A stretch of 63,665 nt of DNA, counting the filler, from Rhabdomonas costata (taxonomy: Eukaryota): the NCBI GenBank assembly GCA_019059605.1. It is 50 parts of 50 records of this genome, joined end to end, with 100 filler letters (N's around TTAATTAATTAA, not from the genome) between each part and the next. Parts side by side here need not be neighbours in the genome. Positions count along the whole stretch, not along the records: positions 11,484 to 12,657 come from JAHMHO010024947.1; positions 12,758 to 13,933 come from JAHMHO010024948.1; positions 14,034 to 15,206 come from JAHMHO010024949.1; positions 15,307 to 16,482 come from JAHMHO010024950.1; positions 16,583 to 17,758 come from JAHMHO010024951.1; positions 17,859 to 19,034 come from JAHMHO010024952.1; positions 19,135 to 20,310 come from JAHMHO010024953.1; positions 20,411 to 21,586 come from JAHMHO010024954.1; 42 more parts are not named here. One strand, given 5' to 3'. The translations under genes and the position numbers were made by a program. The notes beneath the pieces were generated by a model that saw nothing but the letters and a program-made list of their open reading frames with translations, had not been told where the DNA came from and did not search any database. Below, one piece after another: positions 11,804 to 24,781 of the stretch. Position 1 is the first letter of the stretch; each line of letters starts with the position of its first letter.

Positions 11804-12757
11804 CTGCCAAGGAACGGAGACGGAAGGGAGTTTCGCTGTGCAGGATGCGAGAGAAGTCCCGCAACTTCTTTAAAAAAAAACCATAACAATCTTTACCGAC
11901 CACAACAATGATCCCACCACAATAAGCTTAATCAATTGTAATTACGCCCCCCTCCCTCCCTACCGTCCGCTCCGCGACCAAGGTGCGGTGCTATGGCAAA
12001 GTCAACCTTCCAAGGGAGAGCCAATCTTCTTAACAGAGGGAAGGAGGAAGGGAGGCAGGGAGAGTGAAGCGAGGAGGGAATTGAGAGACAGGTTTCCTTT
12101 TTAAGGCGGATTTCACACCACCCAAGAAAAAGCAGAAAAATTGCAAGCTTCGTCAGGGTACCAAACCTGCAGAGTGAGGGATATCATTAAAGGATGAACC
12201 TGCCATTGGCTGGGATACGGCTGGGGAAAAGGGCAATACCCAAATGGGAATAATGCACCCTTAAAGGGCAAAACATACCCAGCGACTTGCATCCCTTGAA
12301 GCACTTGGTGCCCCACACGGAGTTGTGCATGCAGCCTCTTGGAAGGCTGGCTGGCCAGCTCGCGGCGATCGACCTTTTCACATAAATTAGGGAAAAAAGC
12401 AAGATACAGAATTCAAAGTCGTTTTTGAAGAAAAGTAAAGTAAAATTAGAGAATTTCTGGCCGCGCCGAGAAGTTCAGGAAAAAAACGTTAGAAGAAAAG
12501 TGAAAGGTGGTATAACTCGCATGTGTATGAGCGAATGGATGAGCGAAGCCACATCCAGAAAGAACATGTGGAGGCATATGGCCGGGGTCATATGCAGAGG
12601 AAAAACGACGTGACCGCTTTTCGACCTTTTCGGTGTAGTCCGAGACAGTGACGCAAGNNNNNNNNNNNNNNNNNNNNNNNNNNNNNNNNNNNNNNNNNNN
12701 NTTAATTAATTAANNNNNNNNNNNNNNNNNNNNNNNNNNNNNNNNNNNNNNNNNNNN

Positions 12758-12995
12758 TATGTTAATTCATCTTTACTTCGCTTTATGGTGTTTCGATTGT
12801 CTATCACGTCCTCTTTGAATCAACCCACTATCTAATTCATATTTCTAAACATTGCCGGTTGAATCCAAAAGCAGCTAGAGCATAAAATTATCAAACCTTC
12901 CCGTTTAGAAATATGAATTAGATAGTGGGTTGATTCAAAGAGGACGTGATAGACAATCGAAACACCATAAAGCGAAGTAAAGATGAATTAACATA
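12758..12995. repeat. Fold-back inverted repeat at contig start (93-bp arms, 52-nt loop)
   Basis: 12758-12850 is the reverse complement of 12903-12995. Confidence 0.9.
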
Positions 12996-13684
12996 CTAAG
13001 CCACAAAAGCGGCATGCAAATGTAGTTAATGGTATGGTATGATGGTTTTAAATTCATTTAAACAATATCACAATATATCACAAAATATTTCACAATATGT
13101 TTTCAACGCGCAAGCGGTGTTGATAATGTTCGTCATCGAAAATGTATGAAAAAATTTTGAGGTGGCCGGATGTGGCGTTAAATGGTCGAAATCTGAAGTC
13201 AAGGTGCTGGAAGCCGCCGGTGCTGGAACATTGTCGAAAGGTGGACGCTGCTCGGGATTTAACCGTTTCAGTCGAGGCAGTTTCGGGGGTGTGGGGCGCA
13301 TAAGCGGCGCGGGTACGACAGCTTTTCACATTAAAAGGTACTGTGCCGCGCACCGAGCCCGGAAGGGTTCGAAGGGAGGGATAATCTATGCGCGGTGGGA
13401 CGTCAATGCCGACGTCCCAGTGCAAGAATGATGGGCATGAAGTCGAAAAAATGAAACGGCGAAATGGCGAAAATGAAGGTTTTGCCGCACTGCATATTTG
13501 CCAACAACTCACACACCGAAAAAATAGCGCCGCATGAAAAGTCCTCCACGCCACACAGGAGTAGTTACCAATGGTCCTTCGAAGCGGGCAACACAGGAAA
13601 GGGAAAAGGCAGCACCGATCTGTGCCGATATTTCACAAGATGACAGACTCTGAAACCCAAACACCCACAATTTGCTTGTGACTT

Positions 13685-13933
13685 TTAGTAAAACGAGGTG
13701 TCCCTCATGCAAGGCCGCGGCAAGGACCGAAATGCTCTCGCCTTCCCCAGCCTCCACAGATAATTGTCGAGCTGCCCAGCTGAGAGCAGTCCCCCGGTGA
13801 GCTCAACAATCAGCTCCCCGGCCCACACGGCAGCGGCACGAAGCTCCACCTCGGCGGCCTCCCCGTACATTAAGGTCTGCCCCGTGGCCACCCTGCGGGC
13901 CAGATCAGGCTCCAACTCCAGCACCCACCACAA
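13685..13933 (-). CDS. QNG1: Queuosine-nucleotide N-glycosylase/hydrolase (DUF2419, C9orf64), C-terminal exon
   Basis: VLELEPDLARRVATGQTLMYGEAAEVELRAAAVWAGELI...AGQLDNYLWRLGK...PRPCMRDTSFY-TAA carries the EVEiRa, lD.yLW and terminal t.fY motifs. Confidence 0.85.
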   Translation of the reverse strand: MWWVLELEPDLARRVATGQTLMYGEAAEVELRAAAVWAGELIVELTGGLLSAGQLDNYLWRLGKARAFRSLPRPCMRDTSFY

Positions 13934-14048
13934 NNNNNNNNNNNNNNNNNNNNNNNNNNNNNNNNNNNNNNNNNNNNTTAATTAATTAANNNNNNNNNNN
14001 NNNNNNNNNNNNNNNNNNNNNNNNNNNNNNNNNTGTTGGTGTGTTTGG

Positions 14049-14914
14049 TTGGGTGTGTTCAGCAATGTCAGCCTCCGCCGGTGGGCCAAGGCCGTTGTGA
14101 AGGAGACTGAGTTCCAAGTTGCAGTCATGGAGGTCTTCGAGCAGACCCTCAGCATGGTTTGCCCCAATCTTTCAGAAACAACACCTAACACCTGCTTAGT
14201 CCGCTGGGAATATTTCAATTATCATGCTGCGCAGAGCCCGAGCTTCATATCCGCTTCGCTGGATGCTTTGCTGTTAGGTTTAGGAGAACGCCGTTGGGCA
14301 GTGAGCTTTTTTCCTGCCGTGAATGCAACCTTTTTTGAGATGGTTTTGGGAGTTGGAAGAAATGAATTGCTCCAATTCTCCATGAGCCATTATCCCACCA
14401 AAGTTCGTCAGAACACTGCAACAGACCATGCGCAAGCTGGGGACCCGTGGTGCACACAGTGCCGGACTAGCCCCATCTCAAACAGCGGGTTGTTGAGCAC
14501 CTATCTCCTATCCATCATTGCCATTGATCACCTTCCTGCTATTAAGGAGGATGTGCCGTACCCGGTACCCTGGTTCGCAGACAGACATGACAGGAGGACC
14601 AAGAAGTCCATTATTAGGGTCAACTCGCATACCCAGTAAACAAGCACATATTCACACTCACTCACTCAATCAGTCAGTCACTCAATCACACACTGTCTTG
14701 CTCGAACTTTCTCGCAGCCGCTGGAGGTCACTGTCTCTCTTCTGGAGGCGGAGTGTCCGTCCTGCCCAGATCAGCCGGGCGTCGTTGCGGCGGTGCCCGC
14801 TATGCCCGCGCTTCCCTTCGTTCCCCGGGCCCGCTTATTGCAGGGCTACGAGGAGCTCTGGGGTGCTGCCCTGTTTTTTTGCATCTCGTGGACTCCCCCG
14901 AAGTTCTGTGCGAG
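14049..14914 (+). CDS. Putative exons of an unknown protein
   Basis: ~14049-14156 (VFSNVSLRRWAKAVVKETEFQVAVMEVFEQTLSM|gtttgc) and ~14718-14914 (PLEVTVSLLEAECPSCPDQPG...GYEELWGAALFFC), flanked by (TCAC)n and (CT)n intronic microsatellites. Confidence 0.35.
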
Positions 14915-15876
14915 GTATCTGCAAATACTCGCCAGCCTGCCAACCAGTTGATCCTTCTCCCCACACACACACATACGCTCGCTCGCTCGCTCACCCATTC
15001 ACTCATTCGCGCACCCTCGTTCACTCACTCTCTTGATCCTTTTCTCTCTCTCTCTCTCTCTCATTCTCTTGTATATAACCCCCCACCTCGACCACAGCTC
15101 CGGTGCACCAACCTGTCACCCCACCTCGCATACCCAAAACCCGACTCATCAACCGATTTCAGATGCGAAGCATTTCACGAAAAGTTAGGTAACTACCGTC
15201 CACCACNNNNNNNNNNNNNNNNNNNNNNNNNNNNNNNNNNNNNNNNNNNNTTAATTAATTAANNNNNNNNNNNNNNNNNNNNNNNNNNNNNNNNNNNNNN
15301 NNNNNNGTGGGGCCGTGCAAGCCGCAGCGGTGTGTGCCGCCGCCCTCCACTCTCCCTGTGGGGATGCCGGTTCACGAGACGAGAACGACCAACCGCCGTG
15401 CCATCCAGGGATTCATCTAAGATAACTGTAAGCGTTTCGTGAGGTGACTTATTCTCCGTTTCTCTCCCTGAGCATTGGTGGTGGGGTGCTTTTTGTGGTT
15501 GAAAAACAAACATGATGAACATGATGAATCTCGCCAAGCCAGTTTTTTCCTCTTCGCTTGCAAGCTCACTTTTTTGAAGCTGGGCTGCGGTTCTGTTTTC
15601 TGCATGGAGCGATACTTAGGTTCAGTCAGGTTACGTCATATACAGCTCAATTGAGCAATCCGTCACCACGGTCTGATCGATTGGGTGTCAGAAGGTTGGC
15701 GGGATTTTCGATGAGAAGTTTTTTGTATCATCAAAGCCACTGTTTTGGCCTCAGCGTAACAGAAAGGCCACCAATACATAACCTGTGAGACGTGAAACCC
15801 ATCCGTGAGCTCACTGGAATCATAAAGTTTGTAAGGGACCGAAAACAAACGAGAAAAGTTGCGGGCGCACCTTCAG

Positions 15877-16005
15877 AGCCCCTCTGGGGGAAAAGAGGCC
15901 GAGCTGGCCCGGGTCCAGGCCCTGATCCAACTGAAGCGGAAGGAGCTGGAGAAGGCCAAGGAGGACCTGGAGAGGCGCCGGAAGGACCTTCTGGTGCGGC
16001 GCTAA
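15877..16005 (+). CDS. Coiled-coil exon of an unknown protein
   Basis: cag| SPSGGKEAELARVQALIQLKRKELEKAKEDLERRRKDLL, ending at donor gtgcgg (15994) or at TAA 16003-16005. Strongly biased codons. Confidence 0.55.
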   Translation, partial: SPSGGKEAELARVQALIQLKRKELEKAKEDLERRRKDLLVRR

Positions 16006-18700
16006 CCGGGGGGGCAGTGGCCCAACCCCCTCCCCTCCCCCTGCGGTGGAAATGGCCGATGCCCGCTCTGTGTAGAGTATAGCTTTGTGTTGTGCGTTCC
16101 TCTCTGTCTTGTCCCGTTCCTCTGCTGCAGGCACCACCGGGGGGTGTTCCTCCCTATTTCTCTGCATGGAGCCTGAGGGAGAGAAAGGTGTCTTTGCTGG
16201 GAGAATGGAGTACACACCGACCAATCCACGCACCCGTACGCTCGGTATCCTGAGTTTATTATTTATGACCATCTTCTCACTTAATCTGAATCGCCGAATT
16301 TCATTCAAATGTGTGAGAGTTTAGGGTCCGGTTTGTTGTCGGACTGTGCTACCCGGAGCCGGTAACAAATCCTGTGAAGATACCGCAGCAAGCAACAGGC
16401 AATAGCACCCAACGCAGTCTCCCTTCCCTCCCGTACAATACTGATGTGGCTTTTCACCCCCCCAACCAAACACACCTAACACNNNNNNNNNNNNNNNNNN
16501 NNNNNNNNNNNNNNNNNNNNNNNNNNTTAATTAATTAANNNNNNNNNNNNNNNNNNNNNNNNNNNNNNNNNNNNNNNNNNNNGTACAACTTCACCTCATG
16601 CGTCCATGGGTTACTGACCTCGTGAGCATCGTCGTTGTTGTCATCGTGTATGAGTGTAATGTAGCTGCAATGATACGCTTCGATCATGCGTGCAAGACGG
16701 GCGCATTCTTATCGAGTTACCGCCGTCTCATTCGTTCACCTTCACCGCATCCAGCACATGGAGCTCTTTCTCGTTCGTCAATGCACGCTTTTCGCACATG
16801 ACCGACCGTCGTCCCTGCATCTTTGAGGAAAAATACTGACAAATATTGCTTGAAGAAGATTAATTTTGTACTAATTTTGTACTTCTTGGCTCAAGAAATA
16901 TTTTGATCCCAAATTGTTTCCTGTTCGTCAATGATGCAACCGGCGGCGTTCCGTCTGCCGGGTTTGTTTATAAAAAGGATTTCGCGGCGCGAGAGGGCTT
17001 TCACGCTCGACACAAGGAGACGATACAATACACCGTAGACGCAATGAGACTTAAGACAACCCAGTCAGTTCAGTCAGACACAAGTTCACACCCTAGCAGA
17101 TCAAAAGGAATAGGAGAAGACCCTCAAGCACTCCCAACGATAACAGCAACAAGCAACGCAACACAGCAACGCCAGTAACATATGGCACACGCAGAAGCAT
17201 TCCCACACCCGTGTACCAAAGAAGAACGTGGCACTTTCTCGTCCTACGAAAACGAATCGTGTGAATCTTGTTGGAACACTGAGTAGGCTGTGTGGGCCGT
17301 TTATCCTTTGACTGACGGACGCGATGGAACGCTTTTTTCTGCTTCTCATTTTATCTCTGTTCCCGTTGGTTTTGCACCACACCCGGACAAGGGCTCAACC
17401 CAGTGTTGGGCGCCTGTTGGGGAGGACACAGAGTTTCTTTCGCACATTTTTACATAAGCCTGGGACATGTGGGACAGGCGGAGGGTCTTGGCCTGCTGTC
17501 TGGTGAGCCGGCACCCCACGTCTGACAACAGAGCGAGCAAGATTGCTCGCGTCTGGGTTAGGGGCAGCTTTTTTTCTTTCCATCATCGCTTTCCTTCACG
17601 TGTGGGTGTGTATTTTGTTTTCTGTCTTTACACAAACATACACAAACAAGTGTCCCTAAGTCAAAGAATAAATTTTACTACCCTTGTTTTTGCTTTGCTG
17701 AAATTGATAAATCGCGAGAGTCACGGAAAACGTGTGAAGAAAATTTCCCCACAAAACANNNNNNNNNNNNNNNNNNNNNNNNNNNNNNNNNNNNNNNNNN
17801 NNTTAATTAATTAANNNNNNNNNNNNNNNNNNNNNNNNNNNNNNNNNNNNNNNNNNNNTTTTTTGATCGGCATCGGCATTCGCCCCTCCCCCGATCGTGT
17901 CCTCATTACCCCCAATATTTGACCAAAAGCGCAATCAGTGTCAGCTGTGATGATGGGCACCGCCTGCGGTATGTGATGACGTTTCTAATCAAGAATACCA
18001 TCTCAACGCAATGAATGTCACATCTGTCGACACACTGTTTGTGCAATTCATACGACGGTTCCCCGAAAGAATTCCAGCTCTTGTGCTGTAAAGCCTCACG
18101 GAAGACACGTACTTCACATTACTATCCTACATGTGTTGCAAAAGACAACATAAAAGAAAAAAATCACAGGTTCTGAACGCACAAAAACGCGAACTCTCAC
18201 CATCGCACAAATAGCCCAGTCCCTGTCTTTGCCGCACAACGACACGGTGTCCGGTCGGTTCCATTTCACCATGAAGTACCCAGCAATTAATCCGAATGCT
18301 CCTTTGCCTACAGTTCGTTCTGAGACTTGTAGTAGCTTTCCGTCAGGGTCTTCTTGGCCGTTGTGGAGTACGTTGCTAAAATGATTACAGAAGCAGCAAA
18401 ACCACACAATGACAAGCTCGCAACACACAACAAATCACATGAATGCCTTTGGCTGCTTTTCTGTCTTAGCAGAACAGGTGGAAGGGAATAATTTCTGCAC
18501 GTCTGAGAGAAAATTCACAAGAAGTTTACTCTCTACAATTCCGCGATCGGACCATTTGGAGTGAACTCTGTCCCGAAAATTCAGCGCCGTCAAGCCAAAA
18601 AACCGCGACTCGCTCCCCAATGGTTCAGCCTGCCCTTTTCCGCCTCTCCCTTGCTCCGCGCGGGATGTGGGTGGGATGGGGACCTCGGCTGGGGCCACAG

Positions 18701-18759
18701 CTGCGCTGCATTTGGTGCGAGCGCAGGGAGGTGGCGATGGACTTCGTGCCCTGCTGCTG
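18701..18759 (+). CDS. Micro-exon resembling the start of a RING/zinc finger
   Basis: cacag| LRCIWCERREVAMDFVPCC |gtacgt, with C-x2-C ... PC spacing like a RING-HC finger. Confidence 0.4.
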
Positions 18760-19239
18760 GTACGTGTTCACGTCAGACATGCTTTGCAAGCACTCCTGTC
18801 ATGAGGGCGTGATCAAAACAAATCCAAGGAGGAGGAAAAGCCCTCACCCAAAATGGATACACTCTAATGGGCAAAGGTTCTGTGCAGATGCAAGGCAGAC
18901 AATCAGGCATCAGCAAGCCAGTATTTCGAAGGAACCAAAAGCGAAAAGAATCACATTTGTGTCTCTTCCCTTTGCTGGAAGTACACTAACCATGAGGAGG
19001 CAAGGAGGAATACAAAGAGTCCGAAGTCACAACANNNNNNNNNNNNNNNNNNNNNNNNNNNNNNNNNNNNNNNNNNNNTTAATTAATTAANNNNNNNNNN
19101 NNNNNNNNNNNNNNNNNNNNNNNNNNNNNNNNNNAAGACTGCAACGGTTTGTTCCCAGAGATGCTTTGCCTTCCGATTTTGTTGTGGGTTTCCACAGGGG
19201 TCTCTAAGGATGCGAACAGGACAGAAGAGAAGGGCGAAC

Positions 19240-20310
19240 CCAGCGCCATCGCCGCCCTTCAGCTCCACCCCGCAGAGCGTCTGGTCAAGACGCTTCGAAG
19301 CCTTCATGTCTGCGTCGGCCTTGCTGCCTCGCGACCTCCCGCCCACGCAGTACTGCAAGCGCGAGGGAACGACCGCATGTGTACGTTTGAGTGAGTTTGC
19401 TTTTTTGGTGGTGCGTGCGAGGATATGTGTCTCCAAGAACAGGAGACCTGCGCACGATGGGCGCCTTCGAGCACTGAAAGAATCCTGTTGAAAAATCGTT
19501 GAGGAGAATGTTTCTTAAACGGTAGAAAAATGCAGACGATGGCGGGTAGGAGTGTGTGGTCCTTTACTCTCGGCTGAACAGAAACCAAAGGATGTAATTC
19601 TTGAAAGCTGCAATCGTTCATCGTCTTGAGAGCTGCGAGCAGATGAGATTGCAGTACGGGATTCAGACTTAGTTTGGACGCCTGAGCACTGACAAAAGCA
19701 ATAAAAGTCCCTCCTCATTAACTGAAGCAAGTCCATGTGCACAGCGCACCAGTCAGCCAACCGAACAATCAGCGGTCGCTGGCACAGGTTAGCCGTTTGC
19801 CTGATCCCAAATAGCGCCAAACCTCTCAACTGATTAGTCGTAAGGCAGTGATAAACGATTGGCATTATCCCATACCAGGGACGATTCCCCTTCTGCCTCG
19901 GATTGGCCCCACCTGTCCTTGGCAACATGAACATGAACCCCACGTTTTTTTTTTCTAAGCTTACTTGGTCACATTCAAAACACGCAGAGAGACCCCATCT
20001 CACAGAAAGGCCGCAGGTTTCTGGATTTGCCCGCGAGGCTGCAAAATTCAAGAAAATGCGTGTTTCGGATCGGTTTGTGATCGCGGGCACAGCACCAGGT
20101 TGCGGAACAGCACCCCGAAGAGGACCAGGTAGGAGGCGTACATGCCCAGCCCCAGGCGGTAGTTCGCGGGGTCCACGTGGCACGACGGGGGGTCCTGGAT
20201 GTGGTAGTACGCGGAGGCCGAGGTGATGTAGCACCCCACCACCATCTGCAGCAGCTGCGCCATCGTGATCAGAGGAGCGACGGGCTTGGCCATCTTCAGG
20301 CCCACCACCC
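19240..20310 (-). CDS. GNS1/SUR4 (ELO) fatty acid elongase, C-terminal exons
   Basis: Exons 20310-20096 and 19352-19240 join in phase 0: APLITMAQLLQMVVG...ANYRLGLGMYASYLVLFGVLFRNL-YCVGGRSRGSK..., with the IT..Q..QM.vG and MY.SY..LF..fF...Y motifs. Confidence 0.9.
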
Positions 20311-20657
20311 NNNNNNNNNNNNNNNNNNNNNNNNNNNNNNNNNNNNNNNNNNNNTTAATTAATTAANNNNNNNNNNNNNNNNNNNNNNNNNNNNNNNNNN
20401 NNNNNNNNNNTTGTGTTTTGATGTGAGTGCTTGCTGTTGACTGGGCCGGCTCCAGAATATTTTTTAGGTGCTCCGTCCGTATATATCGCACCGCAGTCCA
20501 GCTGAGGCATACGGCCATCGTCAGAGAGAACCTTCGGGTTTTGGCAGGGCGAACTGCACCTTTCTTCACCCACGAAGGGTAGTGTCCCCCATCAGCTTCG
20601 ATTATCCAGTTACCTCACGTACACGCGCACAACTTTGCCCCATGCCCTTCCTCGCAG

Positions 20658-21586
20658 CGAGCAGGACAGTCACTCGTGCCCAGTGGACATGGTGGCTCTG
20701 GTGGTGGATGAGGTCCTGCGAGGGGTGCTGCGGAGCGGCGGGGAGCTCGACGAGCCCCTGCTGCGGCTGTGCACCCAAGCCTTCCACACCCTAACGGAGT
20801 TCTGCCAGGTATTTGGGTGGCCGGTTGGTCGGGGTAGAGGCCCTTTCTCGCGAAGTTTCTCAAAAATATTCCCTCCCACGGTTTATGCCATACACCAACG
20901 GAGTTTTCCGGTGAGTCACGGGGTTTTGGGTCAGGTGCGCTGAATTGCGGAGATCTTTGAAACCCCTTATCGCATACGGTAATCACCGTCACCGCCGCCG
21001 TGGCCTTACCGCTTGCATGGCGTTGCTGGCCGGATTCACTCACTCACTCACTCACTCACTCACTCTTTAACTTCCGGGAAAACAATATGCAGGGCCCCTG
21101 CCCACAGAACCAGGCCGCCCTGCTGGCATGCGACGTCTGCGGGGTGGCCAACGTGGTGTTTCTGGGGAGCTGTGGGAGCGGCAGCCCCAGCCAGGCAATA
21201 CCGCCTGCTGCCTCCCACCACTCTTATATCCACTCTCTTAGCCATTTGTTGATTATGCATCGACGCACACGTTTTTGTTTGCATTTAGCGGCCATGTCGT
21301 GAACCCGGGCATCCTTGGAGAGGACCAGCAGAGCCACTTTCTAAGCTCCAAAAAGCTAAAAAACTGGATTGACTGTGCTTCAGACTTCCAAGGAACTGCT
21401 GTCAAAAGTTTGTCCCTGAGTTCGTGCTTCATGTCAAGGATGCATTGATTACTGTTCCGCCCTCAGGAGTCAGTCTTTTCTCTGCCTCTGTGTGTGTGCT
21501 TGCACTTGCGTTATGACTGCAGGCTGTTTTCGAGCTTCGCAGCGCAGCGGTGGTGACCCTGCTGAGCCTTCTGGAGGGCTGCAACG
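20658..21586 (+). CDS. Inositol 1,4,5-trisphosphate/ryanodine receptor-like Ca2+ channel, RIH-associated domain, 3 exons
   Basis: Exons 20658-20808, 21093-21194 (GC donor) and 21523-21586: ...LCTQAFHTLTEFCQ-GPCPQNQAAL...-AVFELRSAAVVTLLSLLEG, matching the TLTEyCQGPC.eNQ signature. Confidence 0.85.
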
Positions 21587-22702
21587 NNNNNNNNNNNNNN
21601 NNNNNNNNNNNNNNNNNNNNNNNNNNNNNNTTAATTAATTAANNNNNNNNNNNNNNNNNNNNNNNNNNNNNNNNNNNNNNNNNNNNTGTTTCCGACAGAA
21701 ACTTCGGCTGAAAGGCAATACGACGCTGTGGCATGGCCGTACTTCAAGCCCAGCAATGCCAAGACAAAAACTCTATCTTATACCTTCAGCAAAATGAGGG
21801 CTCTGTCAACCGATCCCAGCGCTTGGTCACGAGAAAATTCAGGCACATTGTTAGACATTAGGGAATAGGGTGTGATGATGATGAGAATAGCCCGTGCCAC
21901 TGATTACTCAACATTCTGCTAACGGTGTGCTTTTGATGGGACTGTGCACAGGTTCACCACGGCTCAAACCCCTCCCCACAGCACTTTCCAAACAAAACGC
22001 TTTGCCTCACCAGCCTAGCCTGAGGGGCCGTAAAAAGGTCTGTGTGCACTGAGGGATGCCACGGCTGTGTTTGTGGTAGTTTCTCTCATAGGAGCCGATT
22101 CGCACGGGAATGGCAGCCCACTCGCTGAGAGGGCTTTTGACCGGGCGTTCCGCAGGCAAAAGTCAAACTTCTGGTGCTTGAGGAATGATCCATTGCCGTA
22201 CTGCGAAATGTCCGCTGATCCATCAGAGCCCGCAGAGATCAGCCACGAGATTTCAGACCACTATGATAGCGGATCACGTCAGTCTTACGCAGGGCAACCG
22301 ATTGCCACAGGGTTAGTTATGACTGAATATCTCGCTTTTGACTATCTCTATCTATCTCTATCTATCTAACTCTATCTATATCTTTTGACTATCTCTCTTT
22401 TGACTGCAAAACCGAACCTACAAAAGTCAAAGTTGTCGTGTTGGGAAACCCGAAACGATTGAATGCCCACAAGCTCCGCACCGTCACAGACAGACAGCGA
22501 GAGAGAGAGAGAGTAACTGCATTAGAAGACCCCATCACCACCACACGCAGCAAACAGAGGATCTCATGGGACTTTTTCTGAAAAGAAATATAAAAGAAAA
22601 AATGTTGTGGAGCTCTTATTCTCGTGCAAAAAGCCATTCACTCGCATTTTAGCGGAACCAAAGGAACCCGTAAAACTGAAAGACAGCAACTGGCATGTAT
22701 GC

Positions 22703-22862
22703 CTGAGCATCCACGGGCACCCCACGGGCGATGAGCTCCCGCAGAAGCTCCAATGGTGCCCCCAGGCCCACCGCGGAGTGCAACACCGTGCGGCCTCCAT
22801 CGGAGAGGTGCTCGGAGAGGCTAAAGTCAACCGCCACCAGACCGGGTCCACCCCCACACCCC
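22703..22862 (-). CDS. Ankyrin-repeat exon
   Basis: LSDGGRTVLHSAVGLGAPLELLRELIARGVPVDAQ, followed by a probable GC donor (gcatac). Confidence 0.75.
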
Positions 22863-23196
22863 NNNNNNNNNNNNNNNNNNNNNNNNNNNNNNNNNNNNNN
22901 NNNNNNTTAATTAATTAANNNNNNNNNNNNNNNNNNNNNNNNNNNNNNNNNNNNNNNNNNNNCTAGCCGGTCTTTGTCCCGCACCGATCGGCTCAAAATT
23001 GTCCCAAAGATGGATCACTTGGATCCAAACCTGCCCAGCAAAAACACCACCATGCAATCAAAATTGATGGCAAAGAAATAGAATTACACTACCTTCCACT
23101 TGTTTAGCTGTGACTAGCAACTATACCAAATCTTCAATTTCCTCGTCTTTCAAATGTGGACTGCACGCTGGGTCAAGTCCTTAGGTTCCACCTTCC

Positions 23197-24138
23197 TCAA
23201 TGGTGTTCGAATTCCAATTGACTTGTAATCATCTTCTGAGTTGACAGACATACATTACTAATATCTCTTTTAAGTTGGTCTTCTAAGTTTATCTTGCAAC
23301 TACAATACATCCAAGTATTTATCTTCGTCAAAGCCTTCAACTGGAATTCCCGATTCTGATCCGCTCTACCACGTTTCAACTCTCCATACGACGCAGAAAC
23401 CTTTTTAACCAAAGTACGTTACACCGTAAACTCAGAACTGCGCCATATCACATAGCTGGTTTTCAACTCTATCTTTACCTTCTTTCTCAGAATTGACAAT
23501 TTGCTTCAAAAGATCAATACACTCACGTAATCACTCTCTTTGAAAAAGCCCATGTCCAACTGCCTTTTAGGTTCCCCGTCAAGAAGACAGTCCTCCGGGT
23601 TTATCACATAACATGTGCCAAGACAGTGGCATTCCTATAGGCTGAAAATACTTCGAATGGAAAACCGCCACATACCATTTTCTGAGTTTTTGTGTGTAAC
23701 TTACCTTATATACACTTACTTTGTATTATCGGGAGATTAGTCAAAACATGGATCTGGCGAGTCAACATCGTCTTCTTGCTTGATGGTACTTGACTGCGAC
23801 AATCGTCTTCACTCTAATCTGGAAAAATCACCAAGTGCTTCAGCACTATCGAATTGTAGTCGCAGTAGTGGAACACTGGATGTGATCTACTCCCAAGATC
23901 CGGAGGTATATCTAGGTCAAAAGGAGTATTAGTAATATTGTTTTACCGTTGTAAACTGTCCTGCGGCATTTGGCATCAGGATCACTGGATGATCCACAAA
24001 AACTCCTCCGTATTGCTTTCTCTTGCTAATAAATATGTCTCGTACAAAGCAAAAATGCAATCTGTTTTCTTCCAAATCAATCACGCCGCTTCCTTTGTCA
24101 TCTTTTTCAAACTCTGCTCTCTAATGCTTCCGCGTAGC
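23197..24138 (-). mobile_element. Decayed non-LTR retrotransposon (RT-like) remnant
   Basis: AT-rich, intronless and interrupted by stops and frameshifts. KTDCIFALYETYLLARESNTEE..FVD resembles the RT motif tD.iF.l.....k.re......FvD, and KKVKIELK/PAM*YGA resembles the RTE-like post-RT P.l.YG.E motif. Confidence 0.4.
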
Positions 24139-24699
24139 NNNNNNNNNNNNNNNNNNNNNNNNNNNNNNNNNNNNNNNNNNNNTTAATTAATTAANNNNNN
24201 NNNNNNNNNNNNNNNNNNNNNNNNNNNNNNNNNNNNNNGGGGTTTTGTGTTTATGCGCACCAAGAGGTACACGTGAAGGGGGGGGGGGTTCGGGTCCTGA
24301 CCGTTTAACGTCGAATTGTTGATCGGCGTCTAACGTTAAGCCCCCCCAGACCCCAAAAATTCATGGAACCCTCTGTTTCAGAATCCACTGTATGTGTATG
24401 TGCCTTGTTCATGCCGGGTTTTCGATGAAAGAGTCCTGTGCGCTTGTAGTTTTGCAGGGAGACTGCTGAGCAACCCTGCCTGGATTTCAAGCGTATATAT
24501 GTCCAGATGGTGATGATTTGCAAACTGCTTCGTTCAATGTGTCATTGAGGTTTCTCCACTTGGAGTGAGGGGTAATTTGCACACGGGGAAGGGCGAGAAA
24601 GCAGGAGAATAATCACCCAGGAAGAATGTGTCGTGCATGCTATGTGTGTGTGTTCACCATGCTATCAGACAGCCCCCTTTTTCCTTTGTGCTCCTTCAG

Positions 24700-24781
24700 A
24701 CGAAGGTGTTCACCTTGGGGGAGGTGGAGAGCTCACTCAAAGAGGAGAACTTCCTTCAGTCCTGGGTGGTCATCTTCGCAG
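24700..24781 (+). CDS. Internal exon of an unknown protein
   Basis: Pyrimidine tract-cag| TKVFTLGEVESSLKEENFLQSWVVIFA |gtcggg. Confidence 0.5.

Noticed and set aside
17404..17550. Exon-like stretch with an in-frame TAA
   Set aside because: No recognisable family and weak codon bias.
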